Positions 1 through 10,645 of a stretch of DNA of 64,000 nt are shown here, in pieces. A program made the position numbers and the translations under genes. The notes under the pieces are model-generated. The model did no database searches. It had not been told where the DNA came from and saw only the letters and a program-made list of their open reading frames with translations. Numbering within the stretch: position 1 is the first letter of the stretch; each line of letters begins with the position of its first letter. This stretch comes from Nitrospirota bacterium (lineage in GTDB: Bacteria; Nitrospirota; UBA9217), in NCBI GenBank assembly GCA_963737155.1, contig CAVTRN010000002.1, positions 832,001 through 896,000 of the forward strand, read 5' to 3'.

Positions 1-806
1 TCCCGACTTTGCGGGCATAACCTGAAGTCCCGCCTGAGTCCAAAAGAATGTTTAGAGCTGTCCTCGTACTGGTCGTTACAATCCGGCCTATTTTCGGTGA
101 GTACATAAATATTCTCCAGAATCGGTTTTTCTCCTGAACATCCCAAAACACTCAGTACGGGGAATCTCCCTCCTTACGGCTGCTGCAGTACGCTATTATG
201 CAGCTTAAGTTTTGTTTCCGGTCATCCAGTAATTTTAGAAAACAGTCTTGCGAAAGGATAGGCTTTGAAGAGAAGAGAACGCATCGTGATACCAACCTTG
301 GTGTTTGTATGGTGTATCTGCATGCGAATAATCTCTCCGCAGCACGAGGATCCTCTTCACGATCTACTGGCACGAAACAAAAATATCAGAAGGAGCTATT
401 CTTTTCGTTGGCCAGTGGAAGGGCCTAAGATTGTCGTCTCAAATTACAAAAACGGGCATACTGCCAATCCTGGAAACGCAGAAGTGCAGGTAGGTGTGTT
501 CAATTTGTATCGCAAATTTGATACGTCAATAGTGGCTAAGCAATGGATGCTATTTCCAAAAAGAGCGATTTTGATAAAAACTACGATTTCAAGGATGTTT
601 CCTCGATGCTCAGTGCCCCATAACAGGTATGCCAGTATGCTGTAGCCGGGTTGACTGGGGGAAACTGTGGTATGCTTGTAAAAAAGAAATATTGCGGACT
701 GGGTGAACAGTCCGCAACGGCATGTTACAGGCGGATGAAATGCGTGTGTGCTTCATCGTTTTGCGAAGATAAATCTTGGCATCTCAGAGTAAGGAGGCAT
801 GCAGTC

Positions 807-1700
807 ATGGCGAAATTCAGCATGATAATATTATTTTCCGTGATCTTTTCAGTGTTTGGGTGCGTTTCGACGGCAAAATACAAGGAGAGGCTCACTGACA
901 TAGACAACCTTCAAAAGGATGTTTCGTCTCTAGAGGGAAAACTCAAACAGACAGAAGACGAATTGGCAAAGCTGAACAACGAATACGCAGACCTGAAAAA
1001 ACTGAACCAAGCCCTTTCGAAGGACAACAAGGGCATCAATGAAACCCTCAAGGCCAAAACGGATGAGTTGAATAAAAAAATCGTCGAGCTCACGGCAAAG
1101 CTTGCCAACAGGGACGTAGATGTCCACAGTCTGCAGGAGAGCATAGACAAGCTTGTCCGGGAGAATACAGCGGCAGTTTCGGAAAAGGAAAAATCCATCT
1201 CGGAATTCAGGAAGACCTACGACAGCCTCGTAGGACAAATGCAAGAGGAAATAAAAAAAGGTGATGTCACCATTACCCAGCTCAAGGACAAGCTGACGCT
1301 CAGTATGGTGGAACAGGTCCTCTTTAATTCCGGAAGTGCGAGGATAAAGAAAAACGGCAAAGAGGTACTGGACCGCGTCGCTGGAATACTGAAAAAGGTG
1401 GCCGACAAACAGATCAGGATAGAAGGTTATACTGACAACGTTCCCATAGGATCGGGGCTCGAATCAAAATTTCCGACGAACTGGGAACTTTCGACAGCGC
1501 GGGCGACCACGGTGGTAAGGTATCTGCAAGATGACGGCCTAAACCCCGAGCTTCTCTCCGCATGCGGATACTCCGAGTACCGCCCGATCGCGTCGAACGA
1601 CATGGAGGCAGGGAGGACGAAAAACCGAAGGATTGAGATCGTCCTCATACCCAAGGACTTTGTAAAGGTTCCAGCAGGGATGCCGAAGGCCGAGCAGTAA
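807..1700 (+). CDS. OmpA/MotB-family peptidoglycan-binding lipoprotein with long coiled coil
   Basis: AAGGAGG at 791-797 precedes ATG 807 (in frame with ORF 651..1700). Signal peptide ends in VFGC lipobox; heptad coiled coil follows; C-terminal OmpA-like motifs IEGYTDNVPI, NWELSTARA, NRRIEI. Confidence 0.85.
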   Translation: MAKFSMIILFSVIFSVFGCVSTAKYKERLTDIDNLQKDVSSLEGKLKQTEDELAKLNNEYADLKKLNQALSKDNKGINETLKAKTDELNKKIVELTAKLANRDVDVHSLQESIDKLVRENTAAVSEKEKSISEFRKTYDSLVGQMQEEIKKGDVTITQLKDKLTLSMVEQVLFNSGSARIKKNGKEVLDRVAGILKKVADKQIRIEGYTDNVPIGSGLESKFPTNWELSTARATTVVRYLQDDGLNPELLSACGYSEYRPIASNDMEAGRTKNRRIEIVLIPKDFVKVPAGMPKAEQ

Positions 1701-2564
1701 CGCGAGCAGAAGTTCGGGAACTGCAGGAGATCGCAGAAATGTTTAGAGAAATAAGGAAACAGCCGCTCAGCACTTTCAGCAACGAGGGCGTGGCCGTAAA
1801 TTCGGAAATCTGTCCTCGAAAAATATTAAGCAGAACGCACTGTCAAGCTGCAATTCCCGCGTGCTGTCTTATCCGGAAGTTAATGGATATTTTCTCTTTC
1901 GAGAGGGATTTTAGCAATCAGTTCCTTGACCGCCAAGACTGGGTGTTTGTCCTCACAGTATAGTTAGCCCTCCCCCCTAAAAGTCCAATTACCCACCTGC
2001 TACTGTAATAGGGGTTGGCTCCAGATTATTTTTTAATTCCAAAATATAGATTAATATGATATATAATGTCCATGAAATTAAGCGTCCGGACAAAATAACA
2101 TGCGATATGGATCGTTACAGTATAGCGCTGTACTAAGCGCGGAACTTTCAATTGCGCGGCGTATCCAAGGATTTATCGAGAGATCTGATTCAGCCAGGAT
2201 TGTCAACCCCCCCCTGCCTGTAAGGAACCGGGGGAAGCATCACTGGAATTTTGGGAGAAAGGTACGCGTAAGCAGATTTTATAAGTACCATCACGATATC
2301 TAGAAGACGATCTCACTGGATCCCCCGGGCCGCGCTGAATTGCAAAAGAAGTTATCATCTATGTCAACAGCTCAATCTTCACGGCCACCGACCGCAACAC
2401 CGACAAGACGCCGGGAGAGATTCTCATTACCCAAATATCTTCAAAACGGGCTTTTGGCGAATCAGGGAATAAATCCCAGATGTTAATCGGCAGCAGCACT
2501 GTTCAGCTACCGTCGTCGCTGGTGGCATTAAAATGCCCATGTTTTATAGAACGGCAGCTCCAAT

Positions 2565-3491
2565 ATGGATAGAAAAACAAAAATTATCGTCTACTTTATT
2601 CTCGGCTTTATTTCTGTGGGTCTTTTGACCCTTATTTTGAATAATTTGCAAAAGTCCTCTGTGCGATCAAATAAACTTCAAGTGGCGGCAAGTTTTTATC
2701 CACTTTATTATTTTTCTGAGCAAATTGGAGGTGAAAAAGCAAAGGTAATAAATATTACGCCTGCTGGAGCTGAACCGCATGATTATGAGCCAACAGCGCA
2801 AGATATTGCCCGAATAGAAAACTGCAAATTGCTTATATTAAATGGTGGGGGATTAGAAGCGTGGGGTGATAGTATAAAACAAAATCTCACTCCCCAAAAA
2901 ACCGTTGTTGTCACTGTCGCAGAAGGATTAACAAATCAGCAAATGACGGGAAAAGGGGAACATGCAACTGATCCTCATCTTTGGCTGAGTCCTCCTTTAG
3001 CCGAAGAAATTGTAAAGAAAATTACACAGGGTTTTATACAAGTTGATCCGGTAAATAAAGAATATTACGAGTCCAACGCAGATACGCTTGAAGCTGAATT
3101 GGCTAAGCTGGACAAAGAATACCAACATGGCTTAAGTAACTGTTTGGGAAAGAATATTATTACGTCTCATGCTGCATTTGGATATTTGGTTAATGCCTAT
3201 GGGCTTCATCAAGTTTCTATTGCTGGTTTATCGCCCGATGCAGAACCGTCTCCGATGCAATTAGCTGATATCGTAAAATTTGTCAAAGCCAATAATGTTA
3301 AATACATATTTTTTGAGAGTTTAGTAAGTCCAAAATTATCGGATATCATAGCCAACGAGGTTGGAGCAAAAACTCTCGTGCTGAACCCAATAGAGGGTTT
3401 GAGCAACGAGGAAATGTCTCAAGGGAAAAACTATTTTACAGAAATGCGAACTAATTTAGCTCATCTAAAAATGGCATTGCAATGCGAGTAG
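2565..3491 (+). CDS. znuA: Zn/Mn ABC transporter substrate-binding protein (ZnuA/AdcA family)
   Basis: Motifs EPHDYEP, DPHLWLSP, SHAAFGYL, IFFESL; N-terminal membrane anchor. Confidence 0.9.
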   Translation: MDRKTKIIVYFILGFISVGLLTLILNNLQKSSVRSNKLQVAASFYPLYYFSEQIGGEKAKVINITPAGAEPHDYEPTAQDIARIENCKLLILNGGGLEAWGDSIKQNLTPQKTVVVTVAEGLTNQQMTGKGEHATDPHLWLSPPLAEEIVKKITQGFIQVDPVNKEYYESNADTLEAELAKLDKEYQHGLSNCLGKNIITSHAAFGYLVNAYGLHQVSIAGLSPDAEPSPMQLADIVKFVKANNVKYIFFESLVSPKLSDIIANEVGAKTLVLNPIEGLSNEEMSQGKNYFTEMRTNLAHLKMALQCE

Positions 3492-4243
3492 ACCATACAA
3501 AAAATATCATAGAAGTCGAAAACGTTACCTTTGCTTATGAAGGTGAAGATGTTTTGAAAAACATCACGCTCAGTATTCACCAAGGTGACTATATAGGGAT
3601 TATCGGACCCAACGGGGCTGGAAAAACCACGTTGTTTAAAATAATGCTTGGCTTGCTTCGTCCCAAAACGGGGACGATTAAATTATTTGGACATACTATA
3701 AATAATTTCAGGGATTGGCATAAAATCGGCTATGTCCCGCAAAAAGTCACTAATTTCGACTCCAATTTTCCTGTGACCGTCTCAGAAGTCGTTTCAATGG
3801 GATTAAATACAAAAATAAGATTGTTTAACAAGACGGCAACCGAGGACAAGAGGGCTGTGCAGAATGCGCTTGAGCAGGTGGACATGTGGGACTACAGAGA
3901 CCGGCTTATTGGAGATCTGTCCGGTGGCCAGCAACAGCGCGTATTCATTGCCCGCGCATTGGTCAAGCAGCCTGAAGTAATTTTTTTGGATGAGCCAACG
4001 ACCGGTGTCGATAGGCAGACTCAAGACGGTTTTTATGCAATGCTCCAGAAGCTCAATAAAAAACTGGGAATAACCCTTGTGCTTGTATCTCACGACATCG
4101 GGCGGCTAACGAAGGAAGTGATGCATATCGCTTGCGTGGACCGCAGTTTGACCTGCCACACTTCTCTGGAAGAGTATCTCAGGGCAAACCAGTCCGCTAA
4201 TATTATTGGCCAAAAGGTTAAAATAATTACTCACCATCACTAA
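3482..4243 (+). CDS. znuC: Zn/Mn ABC transporter ATP-binding protein
   Basis: Walker A GPNGAGKT, IGYVPQ, LSGGQQQR, LDEPT; overlaps the znuA stop; ends in HHH. Confidence 0.9.
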   Translation: MRVDHTKNIIEVENVTFAYEGEDVLKNITLSIHQGDYIGIIGPNGAGKTTLFKIMLGLLRPKTGTIKLFGHTINNFRDWHKIGYVPQKVTNFDSNFPVTVSEVVSMGLNTKIRLFNKTATEDKRAVQNALEQVDMWDYRDRLIGDLSGGQQQRVFIARALVKQPEVIFLDEPTTGVDRQTQDGFYAMLQKLNKKLGITLVLVSHDIGRLTKEVMHIACVDRSLTCHTSLEEYLRANQSANIIGQKVKIITHHH

Positions 4244-5047
4244 ATGCTGACAGATATCTTCCATTATAGTTTTATCATAAGAGGGTTGGAGGCCGGCGTC
4301 ATTGTTGCGTTGATTGCTCCCGCCATCGGTATTTTTCTTGTTCTTAGAAGATATTCCCTTATAGCCGATACGCTTGCCCATGTATCTCTGGCCGGGATAG
4401 CGATCGGCTTGTTTTTTGGCATAAATCCGGTTCTAACTGCGCTTGGTACCGCAACCGTCGCTTCTCTCGGCATTGAACGGTTGAGGAGTTCAAAAAAGGT
4501 ATATGGGGAGTCGGCGTTGGCCCTTTTCCTTTCAGGCAGCTTGGCACTCGCAGTCGTGATTTTAAGTTTAGCGCATGGTTTTAACGCTAATTTATTTAAT
4601 TATCTCTTTGGCAGCATTGTCACGGTTACTACAAATGAGGTTTATATCATTTCTCTTCTGGCGGTTGTCATTGTCTCTATTTTGGCGTTTTATTACAAAG
4701 AGCTTGTTTACATCACTTTTGATGAAGAAGCCGCCAAGGTCAGCGGTGTGCCTACGGGCTTGATCAATTCCATTCTTATTGTCCTTGCTGCCGTGACCGT
4801 ATCTTTGGCCATACCTATCGTCGGAGTGCTCCTGATTGCCGCCCTGATCGTCATCCCGGTCGTAACTGCGCTTCAGTTTCGCAAGAGTTTTTTTAAAACA
4901 ATCATCTACGCCCAGATCATTTCTTTAGTTTCTGTTGTTTCGGGGATTTTCACTTCTTTTTTTCTCAATCTTTCTACGGGAGGTACGATCGTCTTGATCA
5001 TGCTCGCCATTTTTATCATCATCTTATCAGTTAAACAAAAGAGTTGA
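4244..5047 (+). CDS. znuB: Zn/Mn ABC transporter permease
   Basis: LRRYSLIADTLAHVSLAG, YLFGSI, FDEEAAKVSG motifs; ATG directly after the znuC stop. Confidence 0.9.
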   Translation: MLTDIFHYSFIIRGLEAGVIVALIAPAIGIFLVLRRYSLIADTLAHVSLAGIAIGLFFGINPVLTALGTATVASLGIERLRSSKKVYGESALALFLSGSLALAVVILSLAHGFNANLFNYLFGSIVTVTTNEVYIISLLAVVIVSILAFYYKELVYITFDEEAAKVSGVPTGLINSILIVLAAVTVSLAIPIVGVLLIAALIVIPVVTALQFRKSFFKTIIYAQIISLVSVVSGIFTSFFLNLSTGGTIVLIMLAIFIIILSVKQKS

Positions 5048-5408
5048 CAGCTTAATTTAAAATGCGGTGGATGTCCCCTATTAGTTGAGAATGTAAATTT
5101 CAGCGGTCTATCCTTCAGAATATATAACACATCTCCTGTCTCTATGAAAACCGGTCTTTTACGCTTAGACAAGCGGCCTCATCTGAAAAAAATCTGCAAC
5201 CGATCACGGCATGAAGAAATAAAAAAATGAAAGGGACTCAAAATCCTTTTGGAGGAATGGCAGGTGACCTATTGTAATTTCGGAAAGCGCCGGTCCATCC
5301 ACTTCTGTATTGAAGGGAGTAGTGGAACACGCCATTTGTACGAGAGAAGGCGAAAAAGACGATGCACTTGAGCCTGTGCGCGGATTGCAATCTTCCTCAA
5401 AAGGAAAC

Positions 5409-6233
5409 CTATTGAATCAATGTGGGATAGAGCTTCGATGCGACAATGACCAAAACTGCGTAAATCAATCCCAGAACGGCAAAGTCAAATATGAACCCGT
5501 ACATGCTGTGGCCGCCCTGAATCATGAGTCCCCTTAAGATATCCACCAAATAGGTCAGAGGGTTAATCCTCGCAAAGGCCAGTAACCAGCCTGGCATGAG
5601 TTCGAGCGGGTAGATGGCGTTGCTAGCGAAAAAAAGCGGCATGGTGAGTACTTGACCAATTCCCATAAAGCGTTCCCGGGTCTTCACGATACAGGCGATA
5701 ATCAAGGAAAAAGTCGAAAAAATAGCTGATCCGAGCACTACAGCAAGGAGCACACCTGCGATCATTCCCGGGTTCAGCCTGATCTGGATTCGCATGAAAA
5801 AAGCAAGAAGGTAGATAATAAGCGCCTGTACCAAACCTCTAAATCCGGCGGAAATCGCTTTCCCAAATACCAAGGCACCTCGATAGGACGGGCTCACCAA
5901 GAGTTTATGAATGATCCCCAGGTCACGCTCCCAAATGACCGCGATCCCGTAGAAAATCGCGCTGAACAGTACGCTTTGCGCCAATATCCCGGGGCACATA
6001 AAGGCCAGGTAACTAATGTTGCCGGTGGGAATACCTCGGACTCGACTGAAAACCTGTCCGAAAACCACCAACCAGAGGACCGGCTGAACTGCGCGAGAAA
6101 AAAGTTCGGTGGGATCGCGAAGAAGTTTCTTCAGCTCAGATTCTCCAACTGCAATGCTCTGTCCTATGAAATCTGCGGGTGAAAAAGAATCAGCCGAGCC
6201 GGGTGACCGTACTCCGTGTTCTCCGGATATCAC
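5409..6233 (-). CDS. ABC-2 type exporter permease (DrrB-like)
   Basis: PGILAQSVLF, IWERDLG, NPLTYLVDILR. Probable GTG start at 6233 overlaps the ATPase end (ORF track extends to 6287). Confidence 0.85.
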   Translation of the reverse strand: MISGEHGVRSPGSADSFSPADFIGQSIAVGESELKKLLRDPTELFSRAVQPVLWLVVFGQVFSRVRGIPTGNISYLAFMCPGILAQSVLFSAIFYGIAVIWERDLGIIHKLLVSPSYRGALVFGKAISAGFRGLVQALIIYLLAFFMRIQIRLNPGMIAGVLLAVVLGSAIFSTFSLIIACIVKTRERFMGIGQVLTMPLFFASNAIYPLELMPGWLLAFARINPLTYLVDILRGLMIQGGHSMYGFIFDFAVLGLIYAVLVIVASKLYPTLIQ

Positions 6234-7026
6234 GATAATTCCCCCCTTCTGTAATCTGAACCCCACAGCAATGAACAAAAACATCATCCAGTGTGGCCGT
6301 AGGGCTGATTGCAGTTTTCAGGTCGTTAGGTTGGCCAACGATAGCGACTTTTCCTTCATGCAAAATAGCCAGCTCATCGCAGAGCTGATCAGCTTCCTCC
6401 ATGTCGTGAGTTGTGATGAGAACTGTCATGTTGTAATCCCGTCTCAAATCCAGCAAACGGTCCCACACAATTCGTTTCGCCATCGGGTCAAGCCCGATAG
6501 TCGGCTCATCAAGAAAGAGGACGGTGGGATGGTGGAGCATCGCTTGGGCAAGCTCCAGCCTTCTTATCATTCCGCCCGAGTAAGTTTTGACGAGGTTTTT
6601 TGCATAGTTTTCTAGTCCCATAAAGACCAAAGCTTCGTCGATACGGGTAGCTCTCTCTGCTCTGGGCATACGATAGAGTTTGGCGGAGAGCACTAAATTC
6701 TCACGTCCTGTTAATGCGCCATCTGCCGAAAGCATTTGAGGGACATATCCGATACGTCTTCGGACTTGAGCAGATTCGGCGACAACATCAAAGCCGGCAA
6801 TGATTGCCGCCCCGGAAGTCGGACCAAGAATAGTCGTAAGCATTTTGATTGTGGTGCTTTTCCCTGCGCCGTTAGGACCGAGGAGACCAAAGATTTGACC
6901 ATACCTGATCTTAAGATTGAGTCTGTCAACGGCCGTTTGTTGACCAAACTTTCGCAGAAGGTCCACTGTTTGAATAGCTGAACTTTCGGTTAAGTCAGAT
7001 TTAACGTCTTGATGCGGATTTATCAC
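6190..7026 (-). CDS. ABC-2 type exporter ATP-binding protein (DrrA-like)
   Basis: GPNGAGKST, YSGGMIRR, LDEPTIGLD, TTHDMEEA. Confidence 0.9.
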   Translation of the reverse strand: MINPHQDVKSDLTESSAIQTVDLLRKFGQQTAVDRLNLKIRYGQIFGLLGPNGAGKSTTIKMLTTILGPTSGAAIIAGFDVVAESAQVRRRIGYVPQMLSADGALTGRENLVLSAKLYRMPRAERATRIDEALVFMGLENYAKNLVKTYSGGMIRRLELAQAMLHHPTVLFLDEPTIGLDPMAKRIVWDRLLDLRRDYNMTVLITTHDMEEADQLCDELAILHEGKVAIVGQPNDLKTAISPTATLDDVFVHCCGVQITEGGNYRDIRRTRSTVTRLG

Positions 7027-7054
7027 TGTGCCTTTTCTCTGTCCCCCTGAAGTT

Positions 7055-7987
7055 TTATCTTCCGGAATGAACAGTAATCACCGGGATAGACGAGTTTAAT
7101 ATGGTTTCACGGGCTACGCTGCCTAGATAGGCTTCCAATAGCATATTTCTGCCATGCGTTCCCATTATTATAAACGAATAGCCAAAGTCAGCCTCCTGAT
7201 AAACCGCGCAGGATGCCACGACAACCTTTTCATTAATTCTGTAGTCACAAGCAACTCCACGACTCTGAAAGAACCGGACCTTTTGTTCCAGGGATTTAAC
7301 GGAATCGTCCCGAATCTGTGATAGAACTTGATCAAGATTGAGCGGCACCCATCCGGAGACCGTACCGCTGTCACGAATAATAGCCCTGTAGCTGTCCCCT
7401 AAACAATGAAACATAAAGACTCTTGCGCCTATGCGCTTTGCAAGGGAAAGCGCATAGAGTTCCGCTGTGCGGCTGTTTTTGCCGAGATCGGTCGCAACGA
7501 GAATATCTATTTGTTTCTGTTTGCCGAAATCTTGAACCTTTTTCTGAGCGACAGGGCCAATTACCATCACAGGCCGCCGGGAGTTACGGATCACTTCTTC
7601 GGCGACGCTTCCTATAAGCATACGCCCCATTCCTGTCAGTCCCTGGGTGCCCATAACGACAAGCTCCGGAGCAGTCTTCGCTTGCAAGGTCTTTAGAATC
7701 TGCTCCGGAGGAGAACCTTTTTCTAAGAAAGTATGGACAGGTACGGTAAATTGACCGCCGATCTTCTCGAGTTTGTTTTGATGATGAGAGCTCCACGATG
7801 GGAGGCGGGAGACATCAAATCTGTCGCGAAAATAAGTTTTTATATCTTCCACGTACAGGAGGTCGATGCTGGCTTTGAGTTGCTGCGCCAGAGAAGAGGC
7901 AACAATGCGTATCGCCTTTGAACGATTTTTGCCTCCAGCGTCCTGACTTTCGATATCGTCAGCTACTAGGATTGAGCGTTGCGGCAT
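7055..7987 (-). CDS. Tandem-domain universal stress protein
   Basis: Two USP motifs (VMGTQG...LIGSVAEEV and IMGTHGR...LGSVARET); AAGGA upstream of ATG 7987. Confidence 0.85.
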   Translation of the reverse strand: MPQRSILVADDIESQDAGGKNRSKAIRIVASSLAQQLKASIDLLYVEDIKTYFRDRFDVSRLPSWSSHHQNKLEKIGGQFTVPVHTFLEKGSPPEQILKTLQAKTAPELVVMGTQGLTGMGRMLIGSVAEEVIRNSRRPVMVIGPVAQKKVQDFGKQKQIDILVATDLGKNSRTAELYALSLAKRIGARVFMFHCLGDSYRAIIRDSGTVSGWVPLNLDQVLSQIRDDSVKSLEQKVRFFQSRGVACDYRINEKVVVASCAVYQEADFGYSFIIMGTHGRNMLLEAYLGSVARETILNSSIPVITVHSGR

Positions 7988-8220
7988 CGTCATTCCTTTT
8001 TTGTGGTGTATCACCGGCGCAGTACAGCAAGTCGCAATGTTAATATTAAAATAAACGTCCGACTCCAATGACCGATAACCACCAACACATTACTTCTTAT
8101 CAGCTTTCTAAAGAATAACACATGAGCTGTGACTTATCAAGCTGGTGGGTATCAAGCTGATCTGCTGACGTGAACTTCGATTGAATATTCATGGAGGATG
8201 CTAACGAATCTGCCTGCAAC

Positions 8221-8326
8221 TTTATCATCCGCGCCGTAAAACTTCGACTCTTGTGGCAGGAATATAATGCACTGAGTCTTGCAGCAGCCAGATAAGCAAC
8301 GTTTCGTTTTAGCATTGGGTTGCAAA
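8221..8326 (-). repeat. Copy A of a ~100-bp dispersed intergenic element
   Basis: Reverse complement shares CAACCyAATGCyAAAACG, GTTGCTTATCwGGyTGCT and TTTTACkGCGCGGATGATAAA with 21836-21937. Confidence 0.7.
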
Positions 8327-8557
8327 TGCCCGCTTGAATGATTTGTTCAACGAAGTTTGACTGAGCCTGCTAAAGAGTCTGATTTGCAAACCATGACTGC
8401 CGTCAGCAAAGCATTAGTAGCTGACGACAGCGCGCACAGCGCGTCCCCAAGATCTAATTTCAACTGTTCACAAAATTAGCTGCAGCAAGCCTGGTAGACT
8501 ACAAATTTCATCCTGTAGTACGCCATGTATGTCCAACGCAAATATTTTTGAGTTTAC

Positions 8558-8581
8558 AAAAAAAACCCCCGGAAGCGGGGG
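8558..8581 (-). terminator. Intrinsic terminator of sodC
   Basis: Minus strand CCCCCG-CTTC-CGGGGG followed by T8, about 40 bp after the sodC stop. Confidence 0.85.
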
Positions 8582-8618
8582 ATAATGTTTTATTGCAATA
8601 TTTGCGTATATCTTTGTT

Positions 8619-9149
8619 CTACTCGATAACACCACAGGCCATCCTGGCGCCGCCTCCTCCCAGTGGTGCAGGCGAATCGGAATAGTTATCTCCTCCTGCA
8701 TGGATCATGAGCGCGTGACCTTTAAGATCGGCGGTCTTGAGGCGTGGAGCTAGCACCGGCAGTGTTGCCTTGCCATCAGCCCCGACGTATAACGCAGGCA
8801 GATCACCAAGATGCCCCTGACCATAGGGTCCCTCATGCTTGCCAGTTCCCGCTGGGTCATAATGGCCGCCAGCCGACATTCCAGCCACAGATTTGTTGTC
8901 CTTCATGCCTGCCGCGCAGTCGGCATTCTGATGTACGTGAAAACCATGCAGCCCCGGTGTCAGATCGGTGAGTTGTGGGACCAGTAAAAGACCATATTGA
9001 GTATCTTTGATAGTTACTGTACCTATGTTCTTGCCTACTCCCTGGTCACTCAGCAAGTTCACCTGAACGACCATGTCTTGCGCATATACGGACCCTCTTG
9101 ACAGCAATAGCAACATTCCGATTACACCTGCAACGAATAACTTTTTCAT
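8619..9149 (-). CDS. sodC: Periplasmic Cu/Zn superoxide dismutase
   Basis: [41 protein letters not shown]; signal peptide; AGGAGG RBS. Confidence 0.97.
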   Translation of the reverse strand: MKKLFVAGVIGMLLLLSRGSVYAQDMVVQVNLLSDQGVGKNIGTVTIKDTQYGLLLVPQLTDLTPGLHGFHVHQNADCAAGMKDNKSVAGMSAGGHYDPAGTGKHEGPYGQGHLGDLPALYVGADGKATLPVLAPRLKTADLKGHALMIHAGGDNYSDSPAPLGGGGARMACGVIE

Positions 9150-9361
9150 TACATGCTCCTCCTTTCATTCAAGTGGTACATTCGCGAAACGTTCTGCATC
9201 GCTATTATTAAAAAACATGTCGTGCGGTTATTCGCTCCGACACTTTTCCACGTTGAGTCAGGTGGTAAGTTTGAATCAGGGCAGACTCTCTTTTAAGCTG
9301 GCGGCCCTCTCCCTCTGGTCGCAAATGATTTGAACCATCAATCACCAGCCACACTTTACGC

Positions 9362-9622
9362 TCACTGGCTTACAGGCCCAGCAACTCTGCGCTTGCTACG
9401 AGAAGAACGGGTATTCATGTCACCTTGTCTTGTTAATAAACTTATCGGTTGCGCCCCTTTCCGAAGCTTCTCAAAAATATCCAGAGCACTTGCATGGGTC
9501 GTATCTTTAGATAAAAGATCAATTGCCTCAAGCCTCGGCGAGGGCAACTTATATACTATTTTTATTGAGAGTCTGTATCGGCCTTCTTTTGATTTCCTCT
9601 GGCGCAAAAAAAAACGTTTCAT
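9362..9622 (-). pseudogene. Fur/PerR-family regulator N-terminal remnant
   Basis: YKLPSPRLEAIDLLSKDTTHASALDIFEKLRKGAQPISLLT resembles the Fur helix region (KLTxQRLxI...HPSAxDIY...ISLxTVY). Similarity stops before the TVY; no C-terminal metal/dimerisation domain. Confidence 0.55.
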
Positions 9623-9902
9623 GTTCGGAATGATTCCTAATTGTGTAAAGTTTAGAACCGCTCATACTGTTTGTCAAGAGCCTTTGGGTTTATTACGGAA
9701 TCTCAGATAATCCTCACGGTTTGCGTTCAGAAGGGCGCTTCGGTAAGAGGAGCAGCGGTTGCATGGATAACTGGGGAAAGCCAGCCATTCCATGGAGAGA
9801 AGAGTCGGGGGAAACCTCTAGATACTTGCCGGGAACTTTATCTCCCCGGGATCATCCTGGAGTTCGTCAGTCGCAATATGAAGGAACGCCTGCGATCAAA
9901 AC

Positions 9903-10610
9903 TCATGATTCTTTTTCTTTCAGACGTATCTCAACACGCCTATTTTGCGCCCTATTCTCTGAGGTGTCGTTGATGGCAAGCGGCTTCTGATCGGCGTATC
10001 CTTTGATTGAAAGCCGTGAAGGATCTATGCCGTGGTGATTGATAAAATATTTTAAGACGCTTGTCGCCCTTGCAACGGATAATTCCCAATTTGAAGGATA
10101 GAGGCGTGTCTTAATAGGGACATTGTCAGTATGGCCTTCGATATCGACAAGGAATGTGGGATATCGTTTTATAATCTGAGCGATGCCGTCAAGCATCGGC
10201 TCCGAGCTTTCCAGCGTATCGGCTTCGCCAGGCCTAAACGTGACTCTTTCTCTCAGTGTAATAATAATTTCTTTATTGACAGCCGTTACAGAAACATCAT
10301 TTCCCAAGTTGTGTTTTTTTATTTCAGAACTCATTTCGCCCACCATCTCATCACGAGTGGAAAAGTTGCCCGTCGGCGTGTTCGCGGCAACATAGTTATG
10401 GTTTTTTTCTGCAATGGGCTTTGCGCCGGTTTTCGAGACAACCGCGAACATCACGAAGAATATGAGCAGTAGCGAAAGCACATCGCTCAGCGTAATAAGC
10501 CAATTGCTGTCCATATCGATGGCGGACCTGGATTTTTCGATGAGTGACCTGCCGGGAAAAGGTCGTGACATCCTCGGTTGCAATTTTTCTTCTTCCGAAA
10601 CTTCTTTCAT
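9903..10610 (-). CDS. motB: Flagellar stator B subunit (MotB/MotS/PomB family)
   Basis: TM WLITLSDVLSLLLIFFVM with the conserved Asp; OmpA-like domain EGHTDNVPI, NWELSVARA, NRRVEI. Confidence 0.9.
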   Translation of the reverse strand: MKEVSEEEKLQPRMSRPFPGRSLIEKSRSAIDMDSNWLITLSDVLSLLLIFFVMFAVVSKTGAKPIAEKNHNYVAANTPTGNFSTRDEMVGEMSSEIKKHNLGNDVSVTAVNKEIIITLRERVTFRPGEADTLESSEPMLDGIAQIIKRYPTFLVDIEGHTDNVPIKTRLYPSNWELSVARATSVLKYFINHHGIDPSRLSIKGYADQKPLAINDTSENRAQNRRVEIRLKEKES

Positions 10611-10645
10611 GCGACTCTCCTTTGAAAAAAATCGCTGGTAACCGG

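Noticed and set aside
1-650. Several short overlapping ORFs at the window start
   Set aside because: No RBS or motif support; cannot be assigned.
2060-2560. Possible zur gene or Zur box upstream of znuA
   Set aside because: Frames are broken, with no Fur-family motif or convincing palindrome; may be an unidentifiable decayed gene.
8100-8315. Short ORFs sharing FTARMIKL (also 21849-22064) as a peptide family
   Set aside because: Amino-acid similarity is confined to one block while DNA similarity spans indels that shift frame; treated as a non-coding repeat.
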